Positions 24,401 to 35,900 of a DNA stretch of 64,000 nucleotides are shown here, piece by piece. The first letter of the stretch is position 1. Every line of letters starts with the position of its first letter. Source of the stretch: Lingula anatina (lineage: Eukaryota; Animalia; Brachiopoda); the NCBI GenBank assembly GCA_051362555.1, contig CM120646.1, positions 20,894,001 through 20,958,000 on the forward strand, given 5' to 3'. The notes below the pieces were generated by a model, which was given only the letters and a program-made list of their open reading frames with translations, made no database searches and was not told the DNA's origin. The translations under genes and the position numbers were made by a program.

Positions 24401-27400
24401 TCATTTTCATGATAATGATGACATGGTACCTTTTATGTGAGAGCATTGTCTAAATACTGAAGAGTATTAGATCAAGGAGTTATAACAGAAGGAGATTACA
24501 CGCAAGCCTCTCTATTGTCCGATGTCTGTTACGGTGGGCGGAGCTAGGTACGGGGGGCCTCCTGTCTCAAGATTTCGTCTGGGTCGCTCTCCTCCGCTCG
24601 GAGATTGATTTTATATGCGTTATTTCGCGTTAGAATTCGAAATCAGTAGTGTCAAAGCGGCGCTGTATGCTGACGATTTTTTTCACAGGTAGTTATTTGG
24701 ACGATGTGCTGGGAGGGAACGATATCATAGAAAGCGATTTTAAGGTGGTGACTGAGGATGGTCGCCATGAGTTTTTTTGAGTTGGTGATAGATGGCTTTT
24801 CTTTTGCACAACACAGTGAAAAATCACCAAGGATAAGTCAAAAGAAAACGTCCCAACTGTGGTTTGTGAAAATGACATTCAAGTGAACGTCTGTCCTCAC
24901 TGCCAAAGAACATAATATTAATACATAAACGTTTGGACCCTCCTGCCCTTGGGTCCCATAAACATATACATTGAGACAGTGCCTAAGCTTTGTGACTGCA
25001 TGGTTTTAAATTTCTTTAAGTATTTTTTTCTCTCACTCGTTAATATCCTAATGCATTGAAGTGAAATTTTAATCAAAGGTTGAAGCAATGCCACGACATG
25101 TCAATTTACTAAATACTCGTTATAAATTTCTTTATCTTGGAAATCTCCCTTTTTTTTAGGATTATTTTGACACATACTAACACTTCATATTTGTCGGTAA
25201 ACAAGTACACAGTGCTAAACATTAAGAATATTCATTCATAAATATATTTATGTACAAAATATATCAGAAATTTTAGTATTAACTGAGCTTTTTAAAGTGA
25301 AACAAATAAAGATGAGAATTTTTAATTTCAAACTATTATTTACTATATTAACTTAAAATATCTTTTAAGTCAACTCTATACTCAAGCATCATGATAGTAG
25401 CATCTGTGAGTAAAACCATTTTATTATATCAATAGAAGAACAAAAACAAAATTTTACACATAAGCAGTAATTAATGAAGTCATAAGAATGATTAAGTTGC
25501 TATAGTTTTCCAGTTTTATGCAGTCTATGTTGGCATTTTTTTCAACCGTGCAAATAGAAATAATTATATTCTTTTTTATCTGACTTGCTGATACCAGTCT
25601 GTGCCAGATACTATTCCACTCACAGGCCAGCAAGGTCTGAGAATCTAATGGGCTGGATGAAAAAAAAACCTAGAAGTTAAAGTGGCTAATTCTTACAAAT
25701 AGGATAAAAAACATGGGATTTTCAAAAGGTAATTATAAGTAAAGACAACACTTAGTAAGAACATTTATAAAATGAACTGGAGAACATGTTACAGCTGAAA
25801 AAATTAACTGCTTTAAAGAAATTTCACTGAAACAGTCCAAATTTTACTTGCAATCAAGTAGACTGTTATACCATGGCACTCAACAAATTATATATAGGTT
25901 TTGAATTTTTTTCCACGTGACAGTAACATAAAATTTATGTCAACTTTTGAAATGTATAGAATCAGTTAGGTGACTGAAAATATTTTAAAATGTCATGAAG
26001 GAGCACTATTAATTTAATGCAATCTCTGTTGGCCAGTCTTATCCAGTTTCTTCTCCAAAAAGGACAACTCAAGTGAGAATTTCTTCAGGACCTTTTCTTC
26101 TGCCTGCCAATGACATGCCACTCAGAAAAGAGAGAAACCTGTAGGTTAGAAAAAAACAAACATCATAATAGCATTATGAACTACTAGTATCCATGTAGAC
26201 ATTACGCAGTGAAGTTTAATGTATCTTGTTATGACTTGACTGAAATAATGTTCACCACATAAATGAACAATTTACAACTAAATTTATATAGAATATCAAG
26301 ATTCATGATCACAAGCTAATAACTCCAAGAAATTGAAAGAAATTGTACTTATTACAAGAAATTATTTAAATCCGCCCTGGTTCCTACTCTTCTGACAGGA
26401 CAAAAAGGGGATTTCAGAGAGGCCGGTTGCTAAAAGGAAAATGCCCAAGGTTGTTGTATTTTGAAAAAAATTTAAAAAAAGGGTACTGTTGTTAGTGAAT
26501 GTTTAATGCATCGTAGGCATTATGAGAATAGTAACTTACCCCAGACACGCTGACCTCCTTTTTTCATTGACATTTTTTAATTTTTTCCAGCCTGACCATA
26601 ATTCATACATTCAATGCAGCCTTCTCCCATATCTATAATAGAAGGGAAAAAAAAACTTGAGCAGTGTTAAGATAAGCATGTAAAATTCATTATCAATTTT
26701 GAGAGAATTTCTGTTTCAACACTGCAAGATGAAATATTTACTTTCAAGTAATGAATAAACCTTAATAGAGTTCTATTCTTTTGCAACCACCAAGGCAAAG
26801 CTTCTTTCTTAAAATGAACTGAAACATCCAAGCTTGCCACCTAACATGCCAAAGTAGTGAAGTATAATTAAAGTAGAGAAGCAAGTACCCTTAATTATAG
26901 AGGTTTTTTACACAATAAGGTGTGTCTTACACACCTTGACCCAAAGGGAGATGTGTAGTGAGATAACAGGTAGAGTAATTGGTGGAGCCTAGGTGAACTT
27001 AAAACCTTAAGACTTTAAATTAAGACAGCACCAGGATTCATGTGTGTTCTTTTTTCAAAGGTTTAATATGAATTAAAACATATATATGTAAAAGGAAGAC
27101 TAAATAAGTTTAAAATAACTATACCAAAGATACTGGACCGCCATGATGGAAAATGCTGGGTGGAGGCAAAACTTTTCCAGTCAAAATAACTGAGCACCTT
27201 ACTTTAACAACAAAGTTACCACTCCAAAGCCACCCATCATTGTGAGAAGAAAAATGATGACCAACTGTCATGATAAGTCTTTTTAGTTTTAAACACGAAA
27301 AAGGTAAAGGCCAAAATGGTACATTTACCCATAACACTAGAGTAAAAAATTGGTATTCTGAACAAATCAGGTTATTTTTTTCAAGAAATATTGGAGCAAT

Positions 27401-29598
27401 ACCCATGCAATATATACCACGCCACGACCAAGATGTTCAAGAATCTAAACACACCAAATTTTTTTATAATCTTGCATTTGAAAAGTACAAAAAGCGGTAA
27501 GGCTTTTGGCCGTTACAAGCGTAACACTTTTTGATCGGAACTCATGAAAATTGTCAATTGTCGTATCCAAGCTAGACCACATGTAAAATCGCAAAAAAAA
27601 ACAATACTGCTCAAGCAAGTGAGTTGCACACATAACAATTAGTTAAATTTTATGACTGTCATGTGACACAAATTTCAAAAAGTAGGAGGAAAATGTCTTT
27701 TGGAGTAATTTTTTTTCGAAATATTACCAAGATGGCGGCTTAAGCATCTGCTTGTTATTCGGCTACTGAAAGTGCACCTAAGTTTTATTATTTGCTATTG
27801 CCACAAATTACTTAACAATTGCAACTGTATAAAGACCAAACTTTCTTCATCTGATACTATATTTATAGGCACTTGTTATGAGTGGGAAATATTTTTCGTG
27901 CAATATTTATTCTCCACACATCACCTCGCGAGATCAACGTGTAGCTGGACACTTACACAGTGAGACCCTACGACATAAAAGTTGCAATTTATCTTCATAT
28001 TTCGTGTAGTTATGCATTTAAAAGCACTTACCTGTTTTTTGAAAACCTTGTCCAACGTAATATCATATAAATTCTGTATTTCTCTCATTTTTTAGAAACT
28101 TGGGACTCCGTTTCTGTGTCTGTCCTCAAAAATCAACAGACGAAGGCACAGATACTAACAAACGAGATTTAAACGAGAGTAGCAATTAAGCGTAACAGAG
28201 ATAGGCATCTTTTGTTCTCTGGGTTCTATTCATTCCGACCAATGAGAGACTGTAATACGGGCTCCGCCCCCACGCGTGTAATCTCCTTCTGTTATAACTC
28301 CTTGATTAGATCATCATCAAATTTTAGCAGACATGGCAAGTGCATTGTAACTGCAATACGTGCTACATGTAGGTCAGAGTAATGTGTACAGGGAGATGTG
28401 TTTACACGTGTCACATGACTTGCCCTATTTATTTGAAACCCCCCTCCCCTCCCCTCCGTTACAGTACATTTCATTCAGTGTCAGCGTACTGAAATACAAT
28501 CCATGTACTTCAAGAAAGTTTTTCTAGATTTCAATGGTTAGGGTCAGTCCCAGCAACATGCAGGGATAGATAGAAAGTTTTATGTGTATATAATTATGTT
28601 TTCTTGATGGCTGTTAGTCTCCATCGAGGTATTAAAGTGTTGCTTAATTGATAAATTGTGTAATTATCCATGCAGGTGATTCCACAATTAATTTTTTACC
28701 GAAGTCAGTGGTCAAATTATGGAAACTATATCTTCTTAAGGGGTGTCAGGTTCAAATTGAATATCCTTTCTTGTTTAGAAAATTCAAACAAGAAAACACT
28801 GCTGTTTCCCTCAAAGACCACCAGAGAGGCAGATGGAAATAATGGAAGTACACTTTTTGCTACCTCTCTTCATATGTGACAGTTAGCTCGTATTTTTATT
28901 TGCTCTTGGTTTATCTGTCAGATCCACAAGAGCAAGTCGAAGATCTGTCTTCTGCTGGTGGTACAGGGGATTGGATGGGAATTCTGGCTGCTGGTGGTAC
29001 AGGTGGTTCCACGGGAAATCTGGCTGCTGGTGGCACAGGCAGTTCCATGGGAAATCTGGCTGCTGGTGGCACAGGCAGTTCCATGGGAAATCTGGCTGCT
29101 GGTGGTACAGGCAGTTCCACAGAAAATATGGCTGCTGGTGGTACAGGCAGTTTCTTTGGAAATCCAGCTGCTGCCAGTTACAGGGCTGCTAAGGTAACCA
29201 AGTATAGTCTCAGGGCTCCAAAAATTTTAAAAAGATGAAATTTCAATGTGTCCTGTGTTATTTAGTTTTACCATTTAATATTTAGGATTTCACACACGAT
29301 GAAAGACTCGTGCAGAACCTAACTGAGGTTGAGGTTTAGATTCCAAAGTTATTTGTGGCAAGAGTTTGGCTTTCATACCATTTTAATTTTTGTACAGGAC
29401 CAGGTCTCGGACCAGGACATTGTTCAGAGATGTAGCATGGACGAGGCAGGGGGTGATGATGAATGTGCCGCTGGCGGTGCAGACCAAGTGCAAGATGACG
29501 ACAGGGTGTCAACTGATGGCCGAGGAAAAAGAACCCACAACGAGGAGACATTGAGTGACAGTGAGGAAGAAGAATCTAGTAAGATAACGAAGAAATAA
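6471..29598 (+). CDS. 3' part of a multi-exon gene for an acidic, low-complexity, probably disordered protein. Exons 6471-6524, 10527-10964, 11471-11639, (13570-13602?), 22247-22366, 22781-22941, 23177-23249, 23528-24306, 28922-29193, 29398-29598 (stop). 5' exons not identified.
   Basis: Each exon has an AG acceptor and GT donor, and phases chain consistently (1-1, 1-1, 1-2, 2-2, 2-1, 1-2, 2-1, 1-0, 0-stop) with no internal stops. Ends ...SDSEEEESSKITKK*. No recognisable domain. Confidence 0.7.
6615..8029 (+). mobile_element. HINE family 1, copy B (short array, interrupted by a MITE)
   Basis: 5' TTATTGTACCACCAGC-GTTAGC-GCTGGCGGTACA hairpin/subTIR; 3' GCTGGTGGTACAAT + GAGGCAGTATTGCCTC hairpin + CTAGT. 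Confidence 0.85.
7341..7549. mobile_element. Palindromic MITE (~209 bp, ~90-bp arms) inserted in HINE copy B
   Basis: TAGTCAGGTGGCTAAGTCCAAATTTTATCCAGAATTGTGC ... GCACAATTCTGGATAAAATTTGGACTTAGCCGCCTGACTA. Confidence 0.85.
9016..9555. mobile_element. MITE with ~19-bp TIRs (PIF/Harbinger-like termini)
   Basis: AATACCCCATTCACAGTAC ... GTAGTGTGAATGGGGTATT; internal GCGTTCACAC and CGCATGCGC motifs. Confidence 0.7.
10430..10495 (+). mobile_element. Degenerate 3' end of HINE family 2
   Basis: TTGCTTTTTGGTGTCTGTACATTTGCCAGCTTTG matches the family-2 terminus at 16495-16538. Confidence 0.55.
10528..10895 (+). repeat. 39-bp coding minisatellite (TVTGDEGGPERES) x ~9
   Basis: GAAGGAGGTCCTGAAAGAGAATCCACTGTAACAGGTGAT repeated, nearly identical units. 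Confidence 0.95.
11161..11417. mobile_element. Degenerate fold-back MITE (~85-bp arms)
   Basis: CACAATGAAT..CTAGCTAGTGCCTACTAACTCCAC..GGGACTCTTG vs CAAGAGTCCC..GTGGAGTTGGTGGGCACTAGCTAG..ATTCATTGTG. Confidence 0.7.
11752..12101. mobile_element. TTAA-targeting MITE (Kolobok-like), older copy
   Basis: AGGGAATAAC ... ACGAAGAGTTGTTATCCCT|TTAA; homologous along its length to 30885-31221. Confidence 0.75.
12548..13165. mobile_element. Degenerate fold-back element with ~120-150-bp inverted arms
   Basis: GTAATTTTTCTTCAGTCAACAGCTTAATA..CTAACAGAACATCTTCAT..CAGGAGATA vs TATCTCCTG..ATGAAGATGTTCTGTTAG..TATTAAGCTGCTGATTGAAGAAAATTAC. Confidence 0.7.
14326..16538 (+). mobile_element. HINE family 2 nested in copy C; second 5' end at ~14723; internal ~400-bp and ~345-bp tandem duplications
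   Basis: 5' TTTATGTACAGACAC-AGAT-GTGTCTGTACAT hairpin, then (GCCGTC)n/(GTC)n microsatellite. 3' subTIR TGTCTGTACAT + hairpin GACAGCTTTGCTGCC + CTTGT. Confidence 0.75.
16610..19330 (+). repeat. ~145-bp tandem array (~19 monomers) with a ~435-bp trimer higher-order repeat
   Basis: Variant GAGATAGGTCTTTGGTTAC recurs at ~16635, 17071, 17506. Confidence 0.95.
19635..21950 (+). mobile_element. HINE family 1, copy D (most complete; 20321-20600 internally duplicated at 21201-21500)
   Basis: Same 5' and 3' terminal structures; monomer arrays at ~20590-21200 and ~21480-21760. Confidence 0.85.
24473..28304. mobile_element. 3.8-kb non-autonomous P-superfamily-like DNA transposon in an intron
   Basis: Perfect 31-bp TIRs CAAGGAGTTATAACAGAAGGAGATTACACGC. 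7-bp TSD ATTAGAT at 24466-24472 and 28305-28311. A GGGCGGAGC box lies just inside each end. No intact transposase ORF. Confidence 0.85.
28952..29175 (+). repeat. 36-bp coding minisatellite (LAAGGTGSSMGN) x ~6
   Basis: GGAAATCTGGCTGCTGGTGG(C/T)ACAGGCAGTTCCATG repeated. Confidence 0.93.
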
Positions 29599-30152
29599 AT
29601 CTCTGGAGGCTACAGTCACCCCCACCTGGTTCTGACCATCTCGGTAACATTTCTCTGTTTCAAAACAGCTTCTGTAATTTACTCAGAAATCCTTGTTTAG
29701 ATCTGGTAAAATTTCTCCGTGTCTGATAATGTTTAACAAGCGTGGCAGCCAAAGTAAGAATTGGTAGTGAGGATTTCTGTTCCATGTCATGACTGCTGTA
29801 TTATCATTGCTAAGTGCGAGTTGTATCACATGGAAATTTGTGTAATGGCATATCATAGAAGCAGAACTCTGTCACAAGTCAATTTAAATGAAGTGTTATT
29901 GGATAGCATTTGCAAATAGTGTTACGAACATCAGGTACAAAGTGTAGAATTTTTCTGCAAAAAAATATTCTGGGCAATTTTTTATTCAAATTCTACCGTT
30001 CATTTTGCTCAATTCTTGCACTGACCTTTGGATTCTGTTCAATTTTAACTGTCAGTGTCAAGTTGGTTGAAAGGTGAGGAGTTACATTTGATTAATTTTA
30101 TTGTGAGATTTATTAGTGGCATTTATCTGTTATAAAATGATAAAAGTCTTAC

Positions 30153-31405
30153 TTGTCTTCAGATAACATTCAACAAAAATGATTTATGTACTTAATGCAG
30201 GTTTAAAATCCTACACTTTGTCACTTTGGCTATGGAAAATTTGTCTGCAGAATAGTTTGTAAAGGTGCTGGTCTTGGGGGAGGTCTGTCTGTCTCTGCCA
30301 TGTGTTCAAATCTGTGGAACTGCCTTTTATGAAATCCTCACCATTATTATCAGGTCACTGACCTTTGACCCCGAGTCTCAAAAAAATGATGACAATAACA
30401 AGGCAGATTAGAAAGTATAAAGCTTAAAATTCAAAGAAAATAGACAAGGTCTAGACAAAATGTTGTGTTTGTATAGATGGGGGATTAATTTGACATCTTT
30501 CGTAAGATTGTAATTATTACATCTCTCTGTCGTGCTTATGAGGTGGAGCTCAAGTCAAATGCTGTATATAGCTTTTTTTTTTTTTTTTACCAAAATAAAA
30601 ATGCCAAGTTTTGTCTTCAGATAACATCCAACAAGAAATGATTTATGTACTTAATGCAAGTTTAAAATCCTACACTTTGTCCCTTTGGCTGTTGGTAAAT
30701 CATCTGCAGAATGGTCTGTAAAGGTACTGGTCATGGGGGAGGTCTATCCATCTCTGCCATATGTTCAAATCTGAGGAACTGCCTCTTATGGAATCCTCAC
30801 CATTATTATCAGGTCACTGACCTTTGACCCCTGAGGCTCAGACAAACGACAATAACAAGGCAGATCAGAAAGTATAAAGCTTAAAGTGATAATAACTCTT
30901 CGTTTCGGCCAAAAAATGAATTTTCCTGGAGTAAACAACAATTTTCCCATACTTACCAATGGTTAATGAATCCATTTTTACATTCAAAGTTAGTCCCTGG
31001 TTTTTTTCTAAAAAGTTTGGTTTTTTGTTAAAATCTCTTAAGAGATTTTAACATAGTATAGCCATCAATGGAGGTCACGTGGTCAAAAGACAAGCTCAGA
31101 TATCAGAATAATAGCTATAACAGCTGTTTTTGTGGGAAAACAGAATATATTATATTTTTATGAGTCACTCACAATGTTTTTATTGTGAAATACAGATTTC
31201 ATACGAAGAGTTATTATCCCTTTAATATTCAAAGAAAATAGAGAAGGTCTAGCTAAAATTCTGTTTGTTTAGATCATGAATTAAATTGACGTATTCAGTA
31301 AGATTGCAATCATTACATCTCTCTGTAATGCTCACTTAGTGGAGCTCAATTCATTACTGTATATAGCCATTTTATACTGAAATGTGCTCAAAAAATGCCA
31401 AAGTT
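30153..31405 (+). repeat. ~460-bp tandem duplication downstream of the stop codon (30153-30610 and 30611-31405); the second unit carries a MITE
   Basis: TGTCTTCAGATAACAT..CAGGTCACTGACCTTTGACCCC..AAAATGCCAA present twice. Confidence 0.9.
30885..31221. mobile_element. TTAA-targeting MITE (Kolobok-like)
   Basis: TTAA|AGTGATAATAACTCTTCGT ... ACGAAGAGTTATTATCCCT|TTAA. The empty site AAAGCTTAAAATTCAAAG is present in the paralogous unit at ~30420. Confidence 0.88.
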
Positions 31406-31531
31406 TTTTTTTTATTTCCAATTTTACACATTCAAATCCTCTTATAAATTATAGATATATTTTACAGTATTTTGTTTACATATAACAATTTAAATGTACA
31501 ACTTTTATCAGAGAGAAAACTATCTTTAGCT

Positions 31532-32310
31532 AGTCATGACCACGCTTGGCTGTCACCTTGATTGGATAGTAAACGATTGTCATAAAATCGCTAAATGGTA
31601 TTAAAACCAGGTGCATAAACTTGAAAACCACCTAGGACAACCTTGGACTGCCACATTAATCCGATACAATGCAAAAATAAACTATAACAAGTAGTTAAAG
31701 CCTTCAAACCGAATGTCGTAAAGTCTCCATAGAGACAATAAAATAGAGTAAGCTTGTGAAACAAGATTCCACAATTTTAAACATAATAATCGAAATAAAA
31801 TACTGCCGGGCACCGGAGCGGCCTAAAACTTGGCTTTGACGCTTGAGTCGGCCATGCCATTGGACAATGCGATTACGTCATTTCCTGAATTGGATTGTGG
31901 AGAGGACTGACTCAAGCGTCAAAGCAGCAATTTGGATTTACGGTTTGATTGTGCGTATGCCATGCACGGAATTTACAAACGAGTGACAGGATGATGTAGC
32001 CTGCAGTATTTGCGGTAAGCGTGCCAAGTTTTAGGCCGCTCTGATGCCCGGCAGTATTTCATTTCAATTATTATGTTTAAAATTGTGGAATCTTGTTTCA
32101 CAAGCTTACTCTATTTTATTGTCTCTATGAAGGTATATGGGGACTTTACTACATTCGGTTTGAAGGCTTTTACTGTATTGGATTAATGTGGCAGTCCAAG
32201 GTTGTCCTAGGTGGTTTTCAAGTTTATGCACCCGGTTTTAATATTATTTAGCTATTTTACGACATTCGTTTACTATCCAATCAAGGTGACAGCCAAGCGT
32301 GGTCATGACT
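31532..32310. mobile_element. 780-bp fold-back element with ~300-bp inverted arms
   Basis: AGTCATGACCACGCTTGGCTGTCACCTTGATTGGATAGTAAACG ... CGTTTACTATCCAATCAAGGTGACAGCCAAGCGTGGTCATGACT; arms ~31532-31835 and ~32023-32310. Confidence 0.9.
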
Positions 32311-32923
32311 GAGGAAACATCACTGGATTTCAAATTATTTTGTAAATTTTTACATTTTTATTCATGTCTCACAGTGGTGGATGTATATACAAAAAGTTAC
32401 AGATTTGTATTCCAATACAAGAACAGAGATTAAAAATCCATGATCAATATAATAAGAAAATACTTTAAAGTAAACTGCAGTTTAGTTAGAAACTGTAGGA
32501 AGAAGAATAGAAACATTAATTTATTAGTACTGGAACATCCCCTGAACTGTTTTTGTGATTTTTTTTTCACACAGCCGCAACTAGTTTTCTGGAATGGGTT
32601 ACTGACCCAAGAATATGACACTCACAAGATGCAACTCTGGAAAACTGAATACGATTACATGTCTACATACCAAACCAAAGACAAAAATCCATTTGGCATT
32701 ATTTGAATAGCAATCTCATTCAAATATTGTATTATAAAATTTTATTGATAATCAAAATGTTCAGAGGTCTAAAATTTTTTATTTTCTCTTATTTATCCTA
32801 GAACAAGTAACATTAACATCTTGAGAACAAATCTATTTACATCATGGTTTATACATTTACATAAAAAAGAACATCACATCAATACACCACGTCTCATTCT
32901 GATTCAATGTTATATTGAATATG

Positions 32924-35900
32924 TCAATTTATTTTCCGTGCCTTCTGTTTCTTTCGCGTTATAAGATCTATGGACCCAGCATCTCCTCCTGCACCAACAC
33001 CATTACCACCAGTGCTGCCCCCTTTTTGTACCGACATCTGTAGTGACTGAATGCCTTGTTGTGCTAAGGGTATTAACTGAAAGAAAATACTCATCTTATT
33101 ATGGGACTACTTAGAAACTTATTTGGAAACTTACCTAGAAACTTATTAAGTTAACATAAAAACTGTGATGGCATTGTATCTGAACACTTACAAAATCAAG
33201 AATTGTAACATCAATCAACTTATGGAAAATGACAGCTCTAGCAATTTCTTTCAATTGTAATTTTAACTGTAATTAGATTTTTAGAAAATATATTTTTCAT
33301 GTGAACGCAGCCTAAGTGTTACCAGACATTGTTGGCGCTATATATTTTCCGTGCATATACTAGTTACAAGATTAGTCACATACAAAAGAGAAAAATTTTA
33401 GTCCTGGAACTATTACCTATTCATTATCATAGTTTTCACATTATCCCAGGACTGGTGCTTTGAACAGTATAATAATTGCAATAGTATTTCTTTTAAAAGA
33501 GGTGCATGCTTTCAATTAGCTTCAATACATTCCTCTTAAAATAAAGTGAAATTGTTTAATTTTCCTATTGTGTAAAGTGCCAGTTTTAGGATATTGTCCC
33601 TATGATTCTCATCTCTGTAAATATGCACTACTGTTAAGTTGACAACATTGTTACCTTTGCAATATTTCTATTAAGTTTACAACATTGTTAAACTTGCAAT
33701 ATTCTTTAAATAAAACTGGGACCATCCTTGTTTGATATACCTTAACAATGTTTGATTCTAGTGACTCTTAAATTGGGTAAAATCACATTTGATTTACCTG
33801 TTGTCTAAAGTAGGCCAAAGTTGCCACCAGAATTATTAAAGGCAGAATAAGAAAAGAGCCCTGGTTAAGTTCCTGTTCTAGACTCTTTCTCTGAAAAGAA
33901 AATATTATGACTTCTGTTAAACATTTGTTTTGACAAATTTTAAATTATTCACTAACTAAAAACCCTGTATGTTCAATAAGTTAAAGAAAAAACACTTGGA
34001 TGTTTGATACCACTTTCAATTATAAATTCATAAAAAATTAATTAAAATAATTTGAAAGGTAAATTTTCAGAGATCAGCGCCAAAGTGATACAGCCAAACG
34101 GTAAAATGATCACTGAACCTGGTGTCTCTTATATAATGTGCTGTTTGGGTCTGCGCCAATATTTTATGGACCATTCCCAGACCCTATCCTATTTTAAAAC
34201 TGTAGATCAATCTATCTCCAAGGAGATTCTCGCTTAATTGCAATCAACTTAAGTGGCTCAGATGTCTGTCATGCCTAGTGAAGCTGCTAGGGGGTAACTT
34301 ATTATCATTTAGCAACTTTAGTAGGTGTGCCAGTCATCTAAGCTGCTTAAACTGAAAGCGATTTAGCGAGAAACCCTTTGGAGATGGATTGATCCTGTTC
34401 AATCCGTGTATGGAAACTCAGTCCAAGTCGAATGGGAAATGCCTGTCCTTCTGAGGATTTAACTCCAGTGTCAAATGCTTCACAAGTTTGTTCTTTTATC
34501 ATTTAAGTCAAATGTGAAGTGTCTTTAAACACTTAAGAACTAAAGTCCACTGTGAAGTGTCTTACGTACCTTGGGATTAAAGTCAAATGTGAAATGCCTG
34601 TAGCTACTGTCTGCATAGAACTTGACCTCTGGGAGGGTGTACTCGTACATGGATCTAGCTAATGTGGACTCTAGTCGTATCACATATGCAGTCTAAATCA
34701 AAAAGATAAAATAAATCATAAGAAAACAAATTAATGCATTAACAGAATTGACATGGGAAACGGAATTATCACAGCAAACAACAGAAAGGGTTGTTTTCAA
34801 GCAAAACATCTTGGGTTCCTTAATAGCAGTAAAATTAACAAATCATCTTGTTATTTTGAAATGACCCCAGGCCTCTTTCTGACCCAAATTTCTACATGAA
34901 CAGTGAAAAAATATAGATATTACATATATAAAGATCAATCATTAGTCTAAAACTGAAAGACTGAGGATATGATGGTTTTGAGAATTCAACAACTTAGTCC
35001 AATGGCTATAGACAAATTTATCAAATGTTTGTCCCATAAAAAATCCTGGAGACTCATAATTAATCTCAAGTCCCATCCCTCTGACTTACCTCTTTATCTA
35101 TAGTTACTGAAGGAAGATAGAAAAATACTGAAGTTCCTAAGCTGACTATTCCAATTGGAGAATCTTGATTGTCTTCTTTGAACAATTTCACCTGAAATGA
35201 TGAAGAGCTTTATTTTAAATCATTTACAATAATTACGCAACGTTTCTCCACACGCTACATACTCCTCTTCAGCAAAATCCTGGATCCGTCGATAAAGAAA
35301 TAAACTTACATGCTAGCAATGTACTTGTGGCAGTGAAAATGTTTCCATGATAAATTCATGACAGCAAATACACTTGCTACTCAATGGCTGAACAAACACT
35401 TATCCAGTGTCAAAAATGCTACTCACAATTAAGAAAGGTCAACATCATTGACAAGAAGGATAAACGTCAACATCATTGACTGATCTTTGACAAAGTTGAT
35501 CTATCTACCAAATAGGTCTTCTGAACAAACAACACTAATCAGATTAATAGTGTAGCTTTCAATAACAGGAGCATGACAAATATGATGTTACCTTTAGACT
35601 AGATAAATGCTCTTTAGAAGTCTTAATATTGCCACTGATGTCCATCTGGTTCAAACGACGGAATGCGATTATGTTAACATTATTTAAATCACTGTCCTCC
35701 ACCTGAAATACATCGATAATAATTGTAATTCATGACATTTTATCAAACATGGTTCCAATCATGGCTTTAAAATTCATTCCAAAGAGCGAAGTTCTTTCTT
35801 TCTGTAGCCAGCTATGACTTTTCACATTTACAAGAATAGATAGATGATTGGTGAGTTTGTAAGACTATAATACAATTATTATTATTATTTTTATCATTAT

